A stretch of DNA of 64,000 nt from Macrostomum hystrix (taxonomy: Eukaryota; Animalia; Platyhelminthes): positions 1,922,001-1,986,000 of the forward strand of contig CATNEN010000001.1 of NCBI GenBank assembly GCA_950097015.1, in the 5' to 3' direction. The notes below the pieces were generated by a model. It saw only the letters and a list, made by a program, of their open reading frames with translations, made no database searches and was not told the origin of the DNA. Both the position numbers and the translations under genes were made by a program. Of the stretch, positions 1 through 13,400 are shown in pieces. Every line of letters begins with the position of its first letter. Position 1 is the first letter of the stretch.

Positions 1-3000
1 CCGGTTTAAAATCTGGTCCGTATTTTCGCCAGCGCACACCTTTCCACTTCTTGGCCTGACCGAGTCGCTGCTCGCCAGACAGTGTCCTCCTACGCCCAGT
101 CAGCAATGCGGGCCCGCTGCCGGAGCTGGCCTTTCCAACACTCATCTGACGCTCTACAGCTTTCGATCGGTTATTTGGCAATGGCGCCTGAAGTACAACG
201 GGCACAGTGGACAGCTCGTCGCCGATGTACAATTGGCGACGATAGTCGGGCTGACTGGAGTCGTCCAAGCGCTAAGAAGTGGATTAGATTGCGTTTACAG
301 ATGCAATGATAAAAATCAAGCGCATTAACAATATAAATCAATAATGCCCTCTCACCTTGACATCCTCTCCTCGTCTAGCAGCGGCCTGATAATGGCTCCA
401 GCAATTCGAGCTGCAGAAGACAATAAAAGCAGAGGAATCGGTAGAGGCCGTCAGATCGGAGCCGTCCGCTGCCATGCGTCGACGAACGGAGCAGGAGGGT
501 GGTACGGGCGATTCGCAATGAGCGCAGACGTTCGGCTGTTGCTGTTGCTTGCTGGCGATTAGAGCCGACACGCTGACTGGATCTTCGGCGTGACGCGAAG
601 CGGCCGGACTTGGCGCAGGGGTTGTCGGACCGGAGCCCAGCTGCTGTTGCTGCTGCTGTTGCTGCATCGGACTAGGAGCCCAACTGCGAGCTGCGCTACC
701 GCTGCCGGCGCCTTGAACTTCGTAGTCGAATTCCAGGCCAAGCATGTCTGACAAAGAGCGCATCATGCTGGGCATGTTGTTGGCCATGACGCCCGGCAGT
801 CCGGTCAGGGTCAGGGTGACGCGAACCTTCTCTTTGTCTAAGGATTCGCCAGTTTCTTCGTCGACGCGAGAGCCGGCGCCGGCACCTAATCGGCGCCCAG
901 ATGTTGACGAAGATGTCGGGTACGAAGACGAGGAGGTTATCTGCCGACGGCTGATAGCTAGCGGCGGCGAAGCCCCGTGCTGTTGAATAGGCAATTGCAG
1001 CTGTTGCTGCCGCTGCTGTTGGTTGCTAGGCACCAACGGTGCTATTAGGGACATTTTCTCGGGAGCCGCTGGTCGCTGTTGGTCTGCGCGCTCATTTTGA
1101 CAGCCGGTGGCGGTTGCTAGGGCCGAAGCTGTGCATAAAAGTGTGATTAAAAACTTTTATTAAACTCATGTAAGATCGATCATTTAATTTTCACTGACTA
1201 TTCTGCGCTAGACATTTTCTAGATCAATAAGATGGACGATAGACTATTCACTGACTATTCTGCAGTTGACTACTTCAAGATCAATAAAATCGACCATAGA
1301 TGATTCATTGACCAATGAGATTCGACCATAGACTAATCACGGACAAATGAGATTCGACATTACACTATAGCTAATTGAGATTAAGGATAGGAAAACTCAC
1401 CAGAATCAGCATCGCAAGCAACCGAATAAGCCTCGGACTTTACAACGCCATCAGCAGTCGCTGTTGCGCGATCATCCATAATGACGTCTTCGGCATCGAC
1501 AGTAGCCACGGTCGATTCAGTCGCGGACGCGGTCCACACTGGTTGCACAGACAGCGGCGGTGTGCCAACGCGAGGCGCAACAGCTGCAGAATAATCGTCG
1601 CCACTGTCTGGCAGAAGGCAAGCGATAAAATCGAGACTTAAACGCTTGGATTCGTGCAGCCAGTGACGCTCGTGCAGGCGAACAAAGAGATCGCTGCGAT
1701 GCGGCTCCACAGGCGGGCAGATCAACGAACTGCCTGGTTCAGGCAGCGAGACGGCCGCCGCTGTTGTTACCGATTTGGCTGACTTAGCGGCGGCGGTGGC
1801 TGCGGCGGCCACAGCAGCCGGCGTGATGACAGCGTCTGAACGCCTAGTAGAGTAAGGCCAGAGCTCGTATCGAGACACGGGAGGTCGCGGCTCAGGTTGA
1901 AGCAGATGCTGCTGCTGCTGATGATGATAAATGTACTGTTGAAGCTCAGCGGACTGAGCGGTACCAGGCGGCGAAAGAAGAGATGGATCTGGTCGAACTC
2001 GTGGATCTTGAAGAAGTCCGCGAGCGAGACCGCTTGAAGCCAGGCGAGAGCGCAAAGCTTCTAAAAGAGCAATGGGCGACTGCTGTTTCAGATGCTGTTG
2101 ATTCTGATTGTCCAGCTGAGTGGACTGAGCTGACTCCGTCTCGGAATTGACAGCCGCGGCGGCACCTTTGCGTCGTTTCTTACCGCCGCCTCCGACTACG
2201 CCGCCACCGCCGACAGACGTCTGTCGACCAATCCCACTTGGCGGCGGCTGCAGCGAAGCAGGAGTCGACGATGACGAAGCTTCGTCGTCGTGATTTAGAT
2301 TCATAGGCGCGTCGGTGTCGCCTGCAGCGGGCTCATCGCCAGCTCCAGCAGACTTCAGCACGGTGTCGATGGTGTCAAACAACTTACACTCGCTCTCTAC
2401 GGATAAGGAAGTCTTGTACATCTTGGCAGTTGGCTTCGATGCAGAAGCTGTCGCCGTTGACATTGTTGTCAAAGCTTGAGACGACTGCAATGACGGCGAC
2501 TGAGGCGTCTGACGCAGCTCTGCTGGTACTGGAGACATTAGCATCTGCTGCTGCTGCTGCTGCTGATGGACAAATGTTGTTTCCGCCAACTCAGCTGTAA
2601 AAAATGCACAAGTTTTAGGAAATTGTTTTACAAAATACACGATTTTTTCAGGCTGCAACTTGTACATACTATCGACAAACACTATTTACCTTTAACCTGT
2701 GTCTGCTGTTGCAGAAAATGCACCGATTGATTCGGATACTGCTGTTGCTGCAGCTGCTGTTGCTGAGGATGCTGCTGATAAATCGGTCCGCTAAAGCCAG
2801 TGAGAGTCGGCCTCACAACTGATGCGGCGCCGGTGGCAGCAGCCGGACTGTGAACTAGAATGCGAGTCGACGCTGCAGCAGCAGCGGCTGCAGCCGCAGT
2901 AGCTGACGTCACCGAAGCTGCTGTGGCTGCTGCTGCTGCTGCGGCCGCTGCTGAGGAAACTCCTTCCTGATGAAAATTGGCAGCGTTAGCCTGAATATTC

Positions 3001-3390
3001 TGCATCTCCTTGTTGATGTCGCCAATTTGTTGACGAATGCGAGCCGCTTGCGCGTCGGATGCTGCCGCGGCAGCAGCCGCAGCCGCAGCTGCAACAGTGG
3101 CAGAGCTGGAGGCTGTCGGCTGCTGAGGTTGGACGTGCGGCTGATGACGTTGCTGAAATGCTTCGCCAATGAAGCCAGCAGCCGCAGCATCAACCATTGG
3201 CGACTGCTGTTGCGGTTGCTGCTGCTGCTGCTGTTGCTGTTGTTGTTGCTGAACCTGAGGAATCGGATAGCGACAAAGAGCCACGAGAGCTCCGGGTGGC
3301 ATTGATGTCGCGGACACTGACGATGGCGGCTGCTGCTGTATATTTCCAATAACAGCTCCAGAAGATGCCGAAGATATGATCGACGATGTT

Positions 3391-3440
<50 letters not shown>

Positions 3441-6400
3441 TTGTTGCTGCAGCTGCTGCGGCAGCGGCGGCCGAGGACCCACCCACCGCTGAGCAACATG
3501 AGCAGGCCCCTGCTGCGGTAGAACCTGCTGGCCAAGCAACAGCAGGCGTTGCTGATTGTCTTTCAGAGAAGACCGGATGTTGTCAACTTCGAGTTGCAGA
3601 GTGCGCAGCTCATCACTGGTCCTATCTAGATCGTCCTGATCTTGCTGCTGAAGAAGAGTCTTGTTCTTCTTTGCCTGATAAAAATATGAATAGATAAAAG
3701 TTAAAATTAAACTAGATAACTTAAAATCGGCTTATTAATACTTCAAGCTACAGCAAACAACAACTCATGCAATTCGTGCAAGGGTTTGGAAAAATTTTTT
3801 TATATAATTTAAACAAAAATCCTCATAACGTTGGTACTTTTTTATTTGACACAACTCTTCCCTTGTAAACAAGCACTTGAATCTTCCTAGAATTATTCTA
3901 AAAACTGTATTTCTGCAACATGCGGGCCCAATGGTCACTGCAATACAAATAGTCAAATAGCTAGCTTAGAATCCAGCTAGTGTGCATTACTTCCTAGCTG
4001 GATAACAAAAAACACAGAGCTTTGAGAAACATGCCGGATATTATATACAATTCTTTCCATTCCATCATCACTCATTCTAGTTACGATTATTAAGGCTTTA
4101 CCGGCAGAGTCTCTTCGCCCTCTAGTCTATCGGCATCGTTGAAAAAATCGTCCAAATCAAATGGAATCGTCTAAAAGATTATATAATTTTTTTCTAGAAC
4201 TGACTTTCTTTAAACGCTTCAGATTCTAGCGCTTTGTCTGTTATGACTCAACAGGCTTGTCTATGAACAATACGAGCAAGAACAACAGTTTAATAATGTT
4301 GGCTCTTTTTATAGGATAATAGAAAATCGACGTTAAGATCTCAAGCTTATTGCTAAGCTTGCTCAAACAAGCTTAAACACAGATCTGCTCAAACACAGAT
4401 GGTTCTTTTGGCGAACCTGGTGGTCTAGAAGGCTTGTTGATAAATCTGGGGATCTAGAAGGCTTGATAAACCTGGGGATCTAGAAGGTTTGTTGATAAAC
4501 CTGGGGATCTAGAAGGCTTGTTGGTAAACCTGGGGATCTAGAAGGCTTGTTGATAAACCTGGGGATCTAGAAGGCCTGTTGGTAAACCTGGGGATCTAGA
4601 AGGCTTGTTGGTAAACCAGGGGATCTAGAAGGCTTGTTAATAAACCTAGGGATCATGGGATCTAGAAGGCTTGTTGATAAACCTGGGGATCTAGAAGGCT
4701 TGTTGATAAACCTGGGGATCTAGAAGGCTTGTTGATAAACCTGGGGATCTAGAAGGCTTGTTGGTAAACCTGGGGATCTAGAAGGCTTGTTAATAAACCT
4801 AGGGATCATGGGATCTAGAAGGCTTGTTGATAAACCTGGGGATCTAGAAGGCTTGTTGGTAAACCAGGGGATCTAGAAGGCTTGTTGGTAAACCTGGGGA
4901 TCTAGAAGGCTTGTTAATAAACCTAGGGATCATGGGATCTAGAAGGCTTGTTGCTAAACCTGGGGATCTAGAAGGCTTGTTGATAAACCTGGGGATCTAG
5001 AAGGCTTGTTGATAAACCTGGGGATCTAGAAGGCTTGTTGGTAAACCTGGGGATCTAGAAGGCTTGTTGGTAAACCTGGGGATCTAGAAGGGTTGTTGGT
5101 AAACCTGGGGATCTAGAAGGCTTGTTGCTAAACCTGGGGATCTAGAAGGCTTGTTGATAAACCTGGGGATCTAGAAGGCTTGTTGATAAACCTGGGGATC
5201 TAGAAGGCTTGTTGATAAACCTGGGGATCTAGAAGGCTTGTTAATAAACCTAGGGATCATGGGATCTAGAAGGCTTGTTGATAAACCTGGGGATCTAGAA
5301 GGCTTGTTGGTAAACCAGGGGATCTAGAAGGCTTGTTGGTAAACCTGGGGATCTAGAAGGCTTGTTAATAAACCTAGGGATCATGGGATCTAGAAGGCTT
5401 GTTGCTAAACCTGGGGATCTAGAAGGCTTGTTGATAAACCTGGGGATCTAGAAGGCTTGTTGGTAAACCAGGGGATCTAGAAGGGTTGTTAGTAAACCTG
5501 GGGATCTAGAAGGCTTGTTGATAAACCTGGGGATCTAGAAGGCTTGTTGATAAACCTGGGGATCTAGAAGGCTTGTTGATAAACCTGGGGATCTAGAAGG
5601 CTTGTTGATAAACCTGGGGATCTAGAAGGCTTGTTGGTAAACCTGGGGATCTAGAAGGCTTGTTGATAAACCTGGGGATCTAGAAGGCTTGTTGGTAAAC
5701 CAGGGGATCTAGAAGGCTTGTTAGTAAACCTGGGGATCTAGAAGGCTTGTTGATAAACCTGGGGATCTAGAAGGCTTGTTGGTAAACCTGGGGATCTAGA
5801 AGGCTTGTTGATAAACCTGGGGATCTAGAAGGCTTGTTGGTAAACCAGGGGATCTAGAAGGGTTGTTAGTAAACCTGGGGATCTAGAAGGCTTGTTGATA
5901 AACCTGGGGATCTAGAAGGCTTGTTGATAAACCTGGGGATCTAGAAGGCTTGTTGATAAACCTGGGGATCTAGAAGGCTTGTTGATAAACCTGGGGATCT
6001 AGAAGGCTTGTTGATAAACCTGGGGATCTAGAAGGCTTGTTGGTAAACCTGGGGATCTAGAAGGCTTGTTGATAAACCTGGGGATCTAGAAGGCTTGTTG
6101 ATAAACCTGGGGATCTAGAAGGCCTGTTGGTAAACCTGGGGATCTAGAAGGCTTGTTGGTAAACCTGGGGATCTAGAAGGCTTGTTGATAAACCTGGGGA
6201 TCTAGAAGGCTTGTTGGTAAACCAGGGGATCTAGAAGGGTTGTTGGTAAACCTGGGGATCTAGAAGGGTTGTTAGTAAACCTGGGGATCTAGAAGGCTTG
6301 TTGATAAACCTGGGGATCTAGAAGGCTTGTTGATAAACCTGGGGATCTAGAAGGCTTGTTGGTAAACCTGGGGATCTAGAAGGCTTGTTGATAAACCTGG

Positions 6401-7391
6401 GGATCTAGAAGGCTTGTTGGTAAACCTGGGGATCTAGAAGGCTTGTTGGTAAGCCTAGGGATCTAGGATAGTTGTAAAACCTAAATTATATCATGCTTGC
6501 AGCTTGGTAAAGTTTTTCGGAATTTTTTAAAACAAAACCGATTTGAGTAGTAAAAAGCAAAAAAATATATATGTTAGACTATTGTATGAATAAGACTATA
6601 ATATGAATAACATTGTTTTAGAAAATACGGCTAATTATAACTTACAACACGGGCCAATTATTCAATAATCACAACACGGGGCTAATAGCTGACTAATACT
6701 TAGTGAATAACCGATAGGTAATCAATGATGCTATTATTAGCTCCCCATGATTGTAAAAATATCGACGACTGAAAAATAGGAATAATCTGTAAAATTGTGA
6801 TACTAAAATCAACGATAGTCATTTTTGTTATTCGAGCTAAGAAATAATAAAAAAACAACGAATAACACAACAATCTACTCACTGCCCGACTCTTAGCGCT
6901 AAGATTCTTCTTCACCTTGCGCTTCTGCACTAGCGTCAGTTCCAAATCTTTTAGGCGCTTCTCAAGTTGCATGCGTTGAAACTCCAATTGTTGCTTCTGA
7001 TGCTGATGCTGCAATTGCTGCTGCTGAAGATGCTGATGATGGTGATGAGGAAGCTGCTGATGAGGATGATACATGTGATTCTGGGAAAGCTGCTGCTGCT
7101 GCTGCTGAGACCAGGCAGTTTGTTGAAACACATGTGGCTGCTGCGGATGCATCAGCTGTTGCTGCTGAGGCTGCTGAGCAATGTTATGAGCAGGATGTTG
7201 CATAACAAAGCCCTGGTGAGCTGGTGGATGATGCACTATAGACGGAGCTATCCTTGGCTGCTGCTGTTGCTGAGGCTGTTCATTGCCAAGCAGCTGCTCG
7301 ACTTCTTCGGCAGAGAATGAGATTAGATTCTGCTGCTGCTGCTGCTGTTGCTGCGGCTGCGGTGGCTGCGGATGCTGATAATGAAGATGCA

Positions 7392-7422
<31 letters not shown>

Positions 7423-10400
7423 TAACAGCTGTCTCTGCTTCTCCTGTTCAACAAGTTCATCTAGCGGATCTTGCCTACGCGAAGGTGCCGACGACGCGCC
7501 ATTCCTGCTTAGCTGCCGTTGCTGAGCAGCGGCCAAGGCAGCAGCCGCACTAGAAGCGGCAACATTCGCCTGGCCAGTTGATTCAGCGGGGGACGCTTCA
7601 ACTTCTGTATCGGACGGACTGCAATAGTTCTGACAGTCGGCAACTACGCTGCTAATGATATTGTCCAGATTCTGCGATCTGGCATCAGCAGCGGCGGCTT
7701 CGGCGGCTGCGGCGGCGGCGGCTGCTGCGGCGGACTCATTCTCCGAGTTAGAAGCCGGCGTAGACTCAACTGACGCAGACAACACCGACACTGTCACATT
7801 GGCCATGACGTGCTGCACCTGGCCAGTTAGACAGTTGGCAGCTGGCAGATTGTGCGCATCGCTGCCACCATTGCCAAGCTGAGTTTCACTGTTGGACTCC
7901 AGCTTGGCCTTCTTTTCATTCTCCTGCTCATCGTCTGTGCCGCAATTGCCGCTACCTGGCTCGCATTTTCTGCGTTTTTTACTAGGCGCTAGGAAGCTGC
8001 TGCTCGACTCATTGTCTGCGATGTTTTCTTCGTCATCCGTGCCGCAGTTCCCGCTGCCTGGCTCGCAGCGCTTTGGCTTCGCTGCAGCATCGTCAGCTTC
8101 ATCATCCGTGCCACAGTTGCCACTTCCGGGTTCGCAGCGTTTTGGCTTTGCTGCAGCATCGTCAGCTTCATCATCCGTGCCGCAGTTGCCACTTCCGTGT
8201 TCGCAGCGTTTTGGCTTCGTTGCAGCATCGTCAGCTTCATCATCCGTGCCACAGTTGCCACTTCCGGGTTCGCAGCGTTTTGGCTTTGCTGCAGCATCGT
8301 CAGCTTCATCATCCGTGCCGCAGTTGCCACTTCCGTGTTCGCAGCGTTTTGGCTTCGTTGCAGCATCGTCAGCTTCATCATCCGTGCCACAGTTGCCACT
8401 TCCGGGTTCGCAGCGTTTTGGCTTCGCTGCAGCATCGTCAGCTTCATCATCCGTGCCGCAGTTGCCACTTCCGGGTTCGCAGCGTTTTGGCTTCGCTGCA
8501 GCATCGTCAGCTTCATCATCCGTGCCGCAGTTGCCACTTCCGGGTTCGCAGCGTTTTGGCTTCGCTGCAGCATCGTCAGCTTCATCATCCGTGCCGCAGT
8601 TGCCACTTCCGGGTTCGCAGCGTTTTGGCTTCGCTTCAGCATCGTCAGCTTCATCATCCGTGCCACAGTTTCCACTTCCGGGTTCGCAGCGAGTAGTGGA
8701 AGGCGAAGGAGCTGGTGGTTGTGGCTGCTGTGACGAAGGCGCTGGATTCTGCAGCTGTGGCTGCTGTTGCTGCTGATTTGGCAAGACAGAAGATATTATC
8801 GGCATGGAAATGGGCACAGACGTTGGCATCTGGTGCTGCTGTGGAAGGTTCTGATGCTGATGCTGATGCTGTTGCTGTTGCTGCAAGTGAAATAGCTGCT
8901 GCTGATAGTGCTGTGAAGTACCAGCCACAAGCACTCCGCTGGACGAAACCGCTGATAAGGGGTGCTGCGGTAGATGCTGCTGCTGTTGCTGTTGTTGCTG
9001 AAGCATTTGTTGCTGCTGCGGAGATTGCAGCACTAGCTGAGGTCCCTGGTGCGGCGCCACGCGTAAAGCCGCCGCAGATACGGCAGTAGGCGGTGCTGCA
9101 CCGGCCTCTTGCGTTGCCATAGAAACGAACGCATTTTCCTCATGTTGAAGCATAGCCTGCGGCTGCTGTTGCTGCTGCGGCGGACGAGCAAAGTAGCTAG
9201 CGGCTGGAATGCCAGATTGTGATGGGGACACGATAGCAGTGGGCGGCTGCGGCTGATGATGAGGCTGTTGTTGAATCGGCGACCTCATTGTTGCCATGGC
9301 CATCTGGTGCTGCTGGTGCAGCTGCTGTTGCTGCTGAAGAAATGCCCGCTGTTGCTGCTGCTGCTGCTGCTGATGCTGCTGAAGCGTCATTGTTTGGTAG
9401 CCGTGTGGTGGTCTAACAAGCTGAAAGTTTTTATAGCAGAAATAATATTAATTGCGCATTTTCAACAAAGAAAATTTCTAATGAATTATTAGAATAAGAT
9501 TTACTCTAAATAAACTGAAGCCGAACGAACAAAGTCAGAAGCTCAGAGGATAGTAGAAGGATCTGAGATAGTTAATAAACTAGAGTGTGTAGAATAATAG
9601 CGTAACAAAATTACAAGATGTGAATCTCTTCGCACACGAGCATTTAAGCATTTCAAAGAAACAATATTTCCTAGATGAAATTATAGGCTTAACGAACAAA
9701 TGCAGCCTGCAGATATGCTTAAGTAATTAATAGGCTGCCAGAACAGAGAAATAGCTAACTACACAATATAGTCAACAAACCTGCGTAAATAGTGCACAAT
9801 TATTAAGACAACTAATTAATGAGCCAACCTGCTGTTGCTGCTGCTGTTGTTGCTGCTGCTGCTGCTGCTGCATCGGGTGCATACGACTAGTGGGACTTGA
9901 ACCGGCGTTCCAAACCGGTGGACGATTCGGATCGCTACCAACTGGCATTGATGGCGATGTTGGGACTGTTTAAAATGCGAATGCGAGTATAAATTATAGT
10001 GTGTACTTTACTTAAAAGTACATTTAATTCAAGTAAATAGTTTGCAAAGTTGTTTTTACCTTGCCACATGGAAACATTCTGTTGTTGCATCATCTGTGGC
10101 GATTGCTGCTGCTGTTGCTGCTGCGGTTGCTGCATAGGTCTATCCATCATATTCTTCTGTATCTGGCGCTCCTTAGTCTGTTTAGCTAATAATTCTCTCA
10201 GATGAAGCCGGGAATCGCCGCCGTCAGCGGATACGCCAAGGACGGCGGCTGCAGATGACGCGGTGACCGCCAGCGAGGCACCATGCTGCGAGGCCGGATC
10301 GACACCGGGTTGCTAAAAAATACGAAATAATAAAAATAAAGTACGTTTGTTAAAGAGTGGTGAGCTGCAACTCAATTGTACGGCGCTTCTAAAAGGCAAT

Positions 10401-13400
10401 TGATTTTTTACACAGCTTCTACAGCTGGTTGAACTGAAGCAACCGATAATTAATGAACCGTGCTCAAGAATCTGATTCGAACTCACGACCTCTCAGTCAG
10501 GAGTCTAAATGCTTAACAGCACAACTACCAAGGGGGGGGGGAATTTAGGGGGGGGGATTACCCCTAGACAATTTTTTGTGCTGCACCCGAACGGAGCAAC
10601 GCAAGCACACGAAACTCAAGAACATGGCCCAACTTTTTGTGGCGCATCTTCTGAAACAATGATCAAGTCATCAGCTGTTCAGACCGTCGGGATATTCAAT
10701 GGTTCTGTAAGAATGTCCTATTTTTCCTATAAGTGCTAGTGTATTTCTTACACCCCTATACATGAATTAGCACTGCGCCTCAGGGCGGCCATGCTAGGCC
10801 TTCAAACTTGATCAGCATGTCACCCGAATGTGCCTGCATCATCTCCGTCTTCGGTGGTCACCTACATTTATCTAGTCAATAACTACACAGGTAGAACATG
10901 CCACTATGGACACCCTGACGCGAATTTCTCCAATTTCACTTCTCAAGCCAAAATATTAGTCGCAGCTCAACCACAGGACACTCTCGCCTAGTCTGTCAAC
11001 CAATCAGTCCCCACCTAACGCTGCTAGTATTCCCAGCCAAAAACATTTCAGGGGGGACCCTTGGTATAAAAGCGGCCGGAAAATGGCTTGGTAGTTTTAC
11101 ATGTTACGAGTACATATTGTGCTAAAATCTCTTTTACGTATTTCTACGTCTACGTTTTTTGTTTTTAAATAAGAAAGAAGAAAAAAGACGGCACAAAAGA
11201 TTAGAATCTGGGATTGGCGACTAATACGAATAGAATGATGTTTGTGCGCATATGCAAGTGTGTGTCTGTGTGTCAGGAGGATAGGTTTCTAGGAAATCGG
11301 CAAGGAGGAGCCCCAGAAAAGCTGTGAATGACAACTGCTATCCTTTCTACTAGCGTAACCCACCACCCCGCTAAGCAATACTGAAAGGGCACGTTGTACA
11401 AACGATTGTGTACAAGGCCAATCTGTCCCATTCTGCCACCTCATACGCCTCCGATTTCGTTATCCCCCCTCGCAAAAAAGCTAGCTATATAGTATAGAAT
11501 CCTAAAAGGTTGAATTTGACGACTGTGACTAGTTTATACTACACACTAATAGTTACCCTGAACTCTTGCACGATCCATCCTACTGCCCACCCCGCAAAGC
11601 CATATAAATAACGCTAGTACATATGTTCAAACTTCTTGCCCGGCTGTGTATAGGCACACTTGAAATACTTAAACCCCCTTGATTGCATCTTGTCGGCTTT
11701 GATACGGGCTAAGTCTATAATATAATAGTTACCATCTAGCTAGGCCATTGTGTATCTGTAGCATCCTTAGTAAACAAGCATTAATCCTCAGAGCGTATTC
11801 AAGTTATCCAATTGTATATCAAATAGGAATCAAGAATGCTTCAATATAATTATCAAATGTTCCTAACTCTATGCAATGAGCTTGTTATCACGAATAAAAA
11901 AGTTCCCAAAATTGGCTATACGATTAAAAAAACGTCAACAATAGTTAAAGGGTCACATGAAAACTATCTTGCTTTCATATTGAATTCATAAAATTAACTG
12001 AATGAACTGAAATGTATGAAGGGGGAAGAGGTGTTGATGCAGCTAGTAAAGCGTCCTAGTGTGCGCGTATGGGAGATAGAGAGGAAGATGTGTATAGATA
12101 TATGGTGATGATTAATGTGAAACAATAGCCTTGCTATACTAATTACTTTTAGACAATTTAATAATACTAATTAATGAATTTCAGGCATTTATACAATGCT
12201 AGAACCGTTTATAGTTCAGTATGACTAATTCAAAGCTTCAATAAACTGTTAAAATTTGCTTTTGACACCGGGAATTACTAATAACATAAGCTAAGTATTT
12301 CATCTAAAATGTTTCTAATATGAATGTTAATAATGTGTCTTTAGGACCAATTTTTTATTTCTGTCTGCATTGTGAGGTTTGACGTTTTTTATAAATTTAT
12401 TAGCAACTTTTTAAAGTCAAACTGAAAGCATTACGAAGAAAACGAATGCGAAAACGAAAGACTTAAGAGGGGATATTGAAGCCGCAGAAACGACTTTTAA
12501 TTAATTTCTGTTGGCTAAAGGGTCAAGCAGAAAAAAACCTAATTTTGTATGCAGCGGATACATTGGGATATGGCAGCCAGTCCCAGATAGATCCCATTTT
12601 GGGGGATAGAAAAACCGGAAGGTAATGCAATAATCATTTATCCTAGCTAGATAGGTTGGACAAGCAAAGCTAAAAAAAATCGTAGCGGTCGTAAGACAGA
12701 TTAATTCTAACATTAATCAGAGACAATCTGCTTTTACAGAAACACAGAAATTCTTCATTTTAGAAGTGTTAAAACATGAAAAGACAAGCAAAATAATCAT
12801 ATATAGGTACTATAACAGACCTAAAACGTATGAAATAATCTCTACATAATACATACACGTATTGTGGTACAGATCTTGAAGTTATAAGTAAGTGGCTAAG
12901 GTCTATAAATAGGAGTCTATATATTGTGTATACATTCCAGTTTCGACCAAACCATATAACTGATAAATTATCATCACCAGGCCTACATAAGGAGATATAA
13001 TAAGGCTAAAGTTATATAACCTATAAGCTAAAATAGATAGGTAGATTGAGTGAAGGGGAGCTTCGGTGAAAGATGGGAGTGCAAGATCTGAGGAAAGGAT
13101 TGAAGGGGAAGAGGGGAGGGAGAGAAAGTTTGCAGGTGACCTCTACCCTAGTACTACCCTTACATTCACCCCTAGTACTTGCGTCACATTAATAGCATTA
13201 ATATTGCAATATAAGAATCCCTTATAAATTAGATGATAATTACTAATGACACTACATTCCTGTTCGAGTACGAGAAAACTAGTAATTGGGATATTTACGA
13301 CCTAGATACAATGTCATAGACAATTCACGTTTTACGACGAAAAAACTAGCTACAGAAAATTACACACTGGCCTACTATAAAATTGGTCGCATTGTAGACA

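Noticed and set aside
7927-8691. Canonical Taspase1 or HCF-1(PRO) cleavage repeats
   Set aside because: Lacks the required P1 Asp and P3 Gln of Taspase1 sites and the Thr-rich segment of HCF-1 repeats. The resemblance is only partial and is kept as a hypothesis.
7655-9089. Plus-strand ORFs antisense to KMT2C/D
   Set aside because: Shadow frames of CAG/GCN-rich coding sequence.
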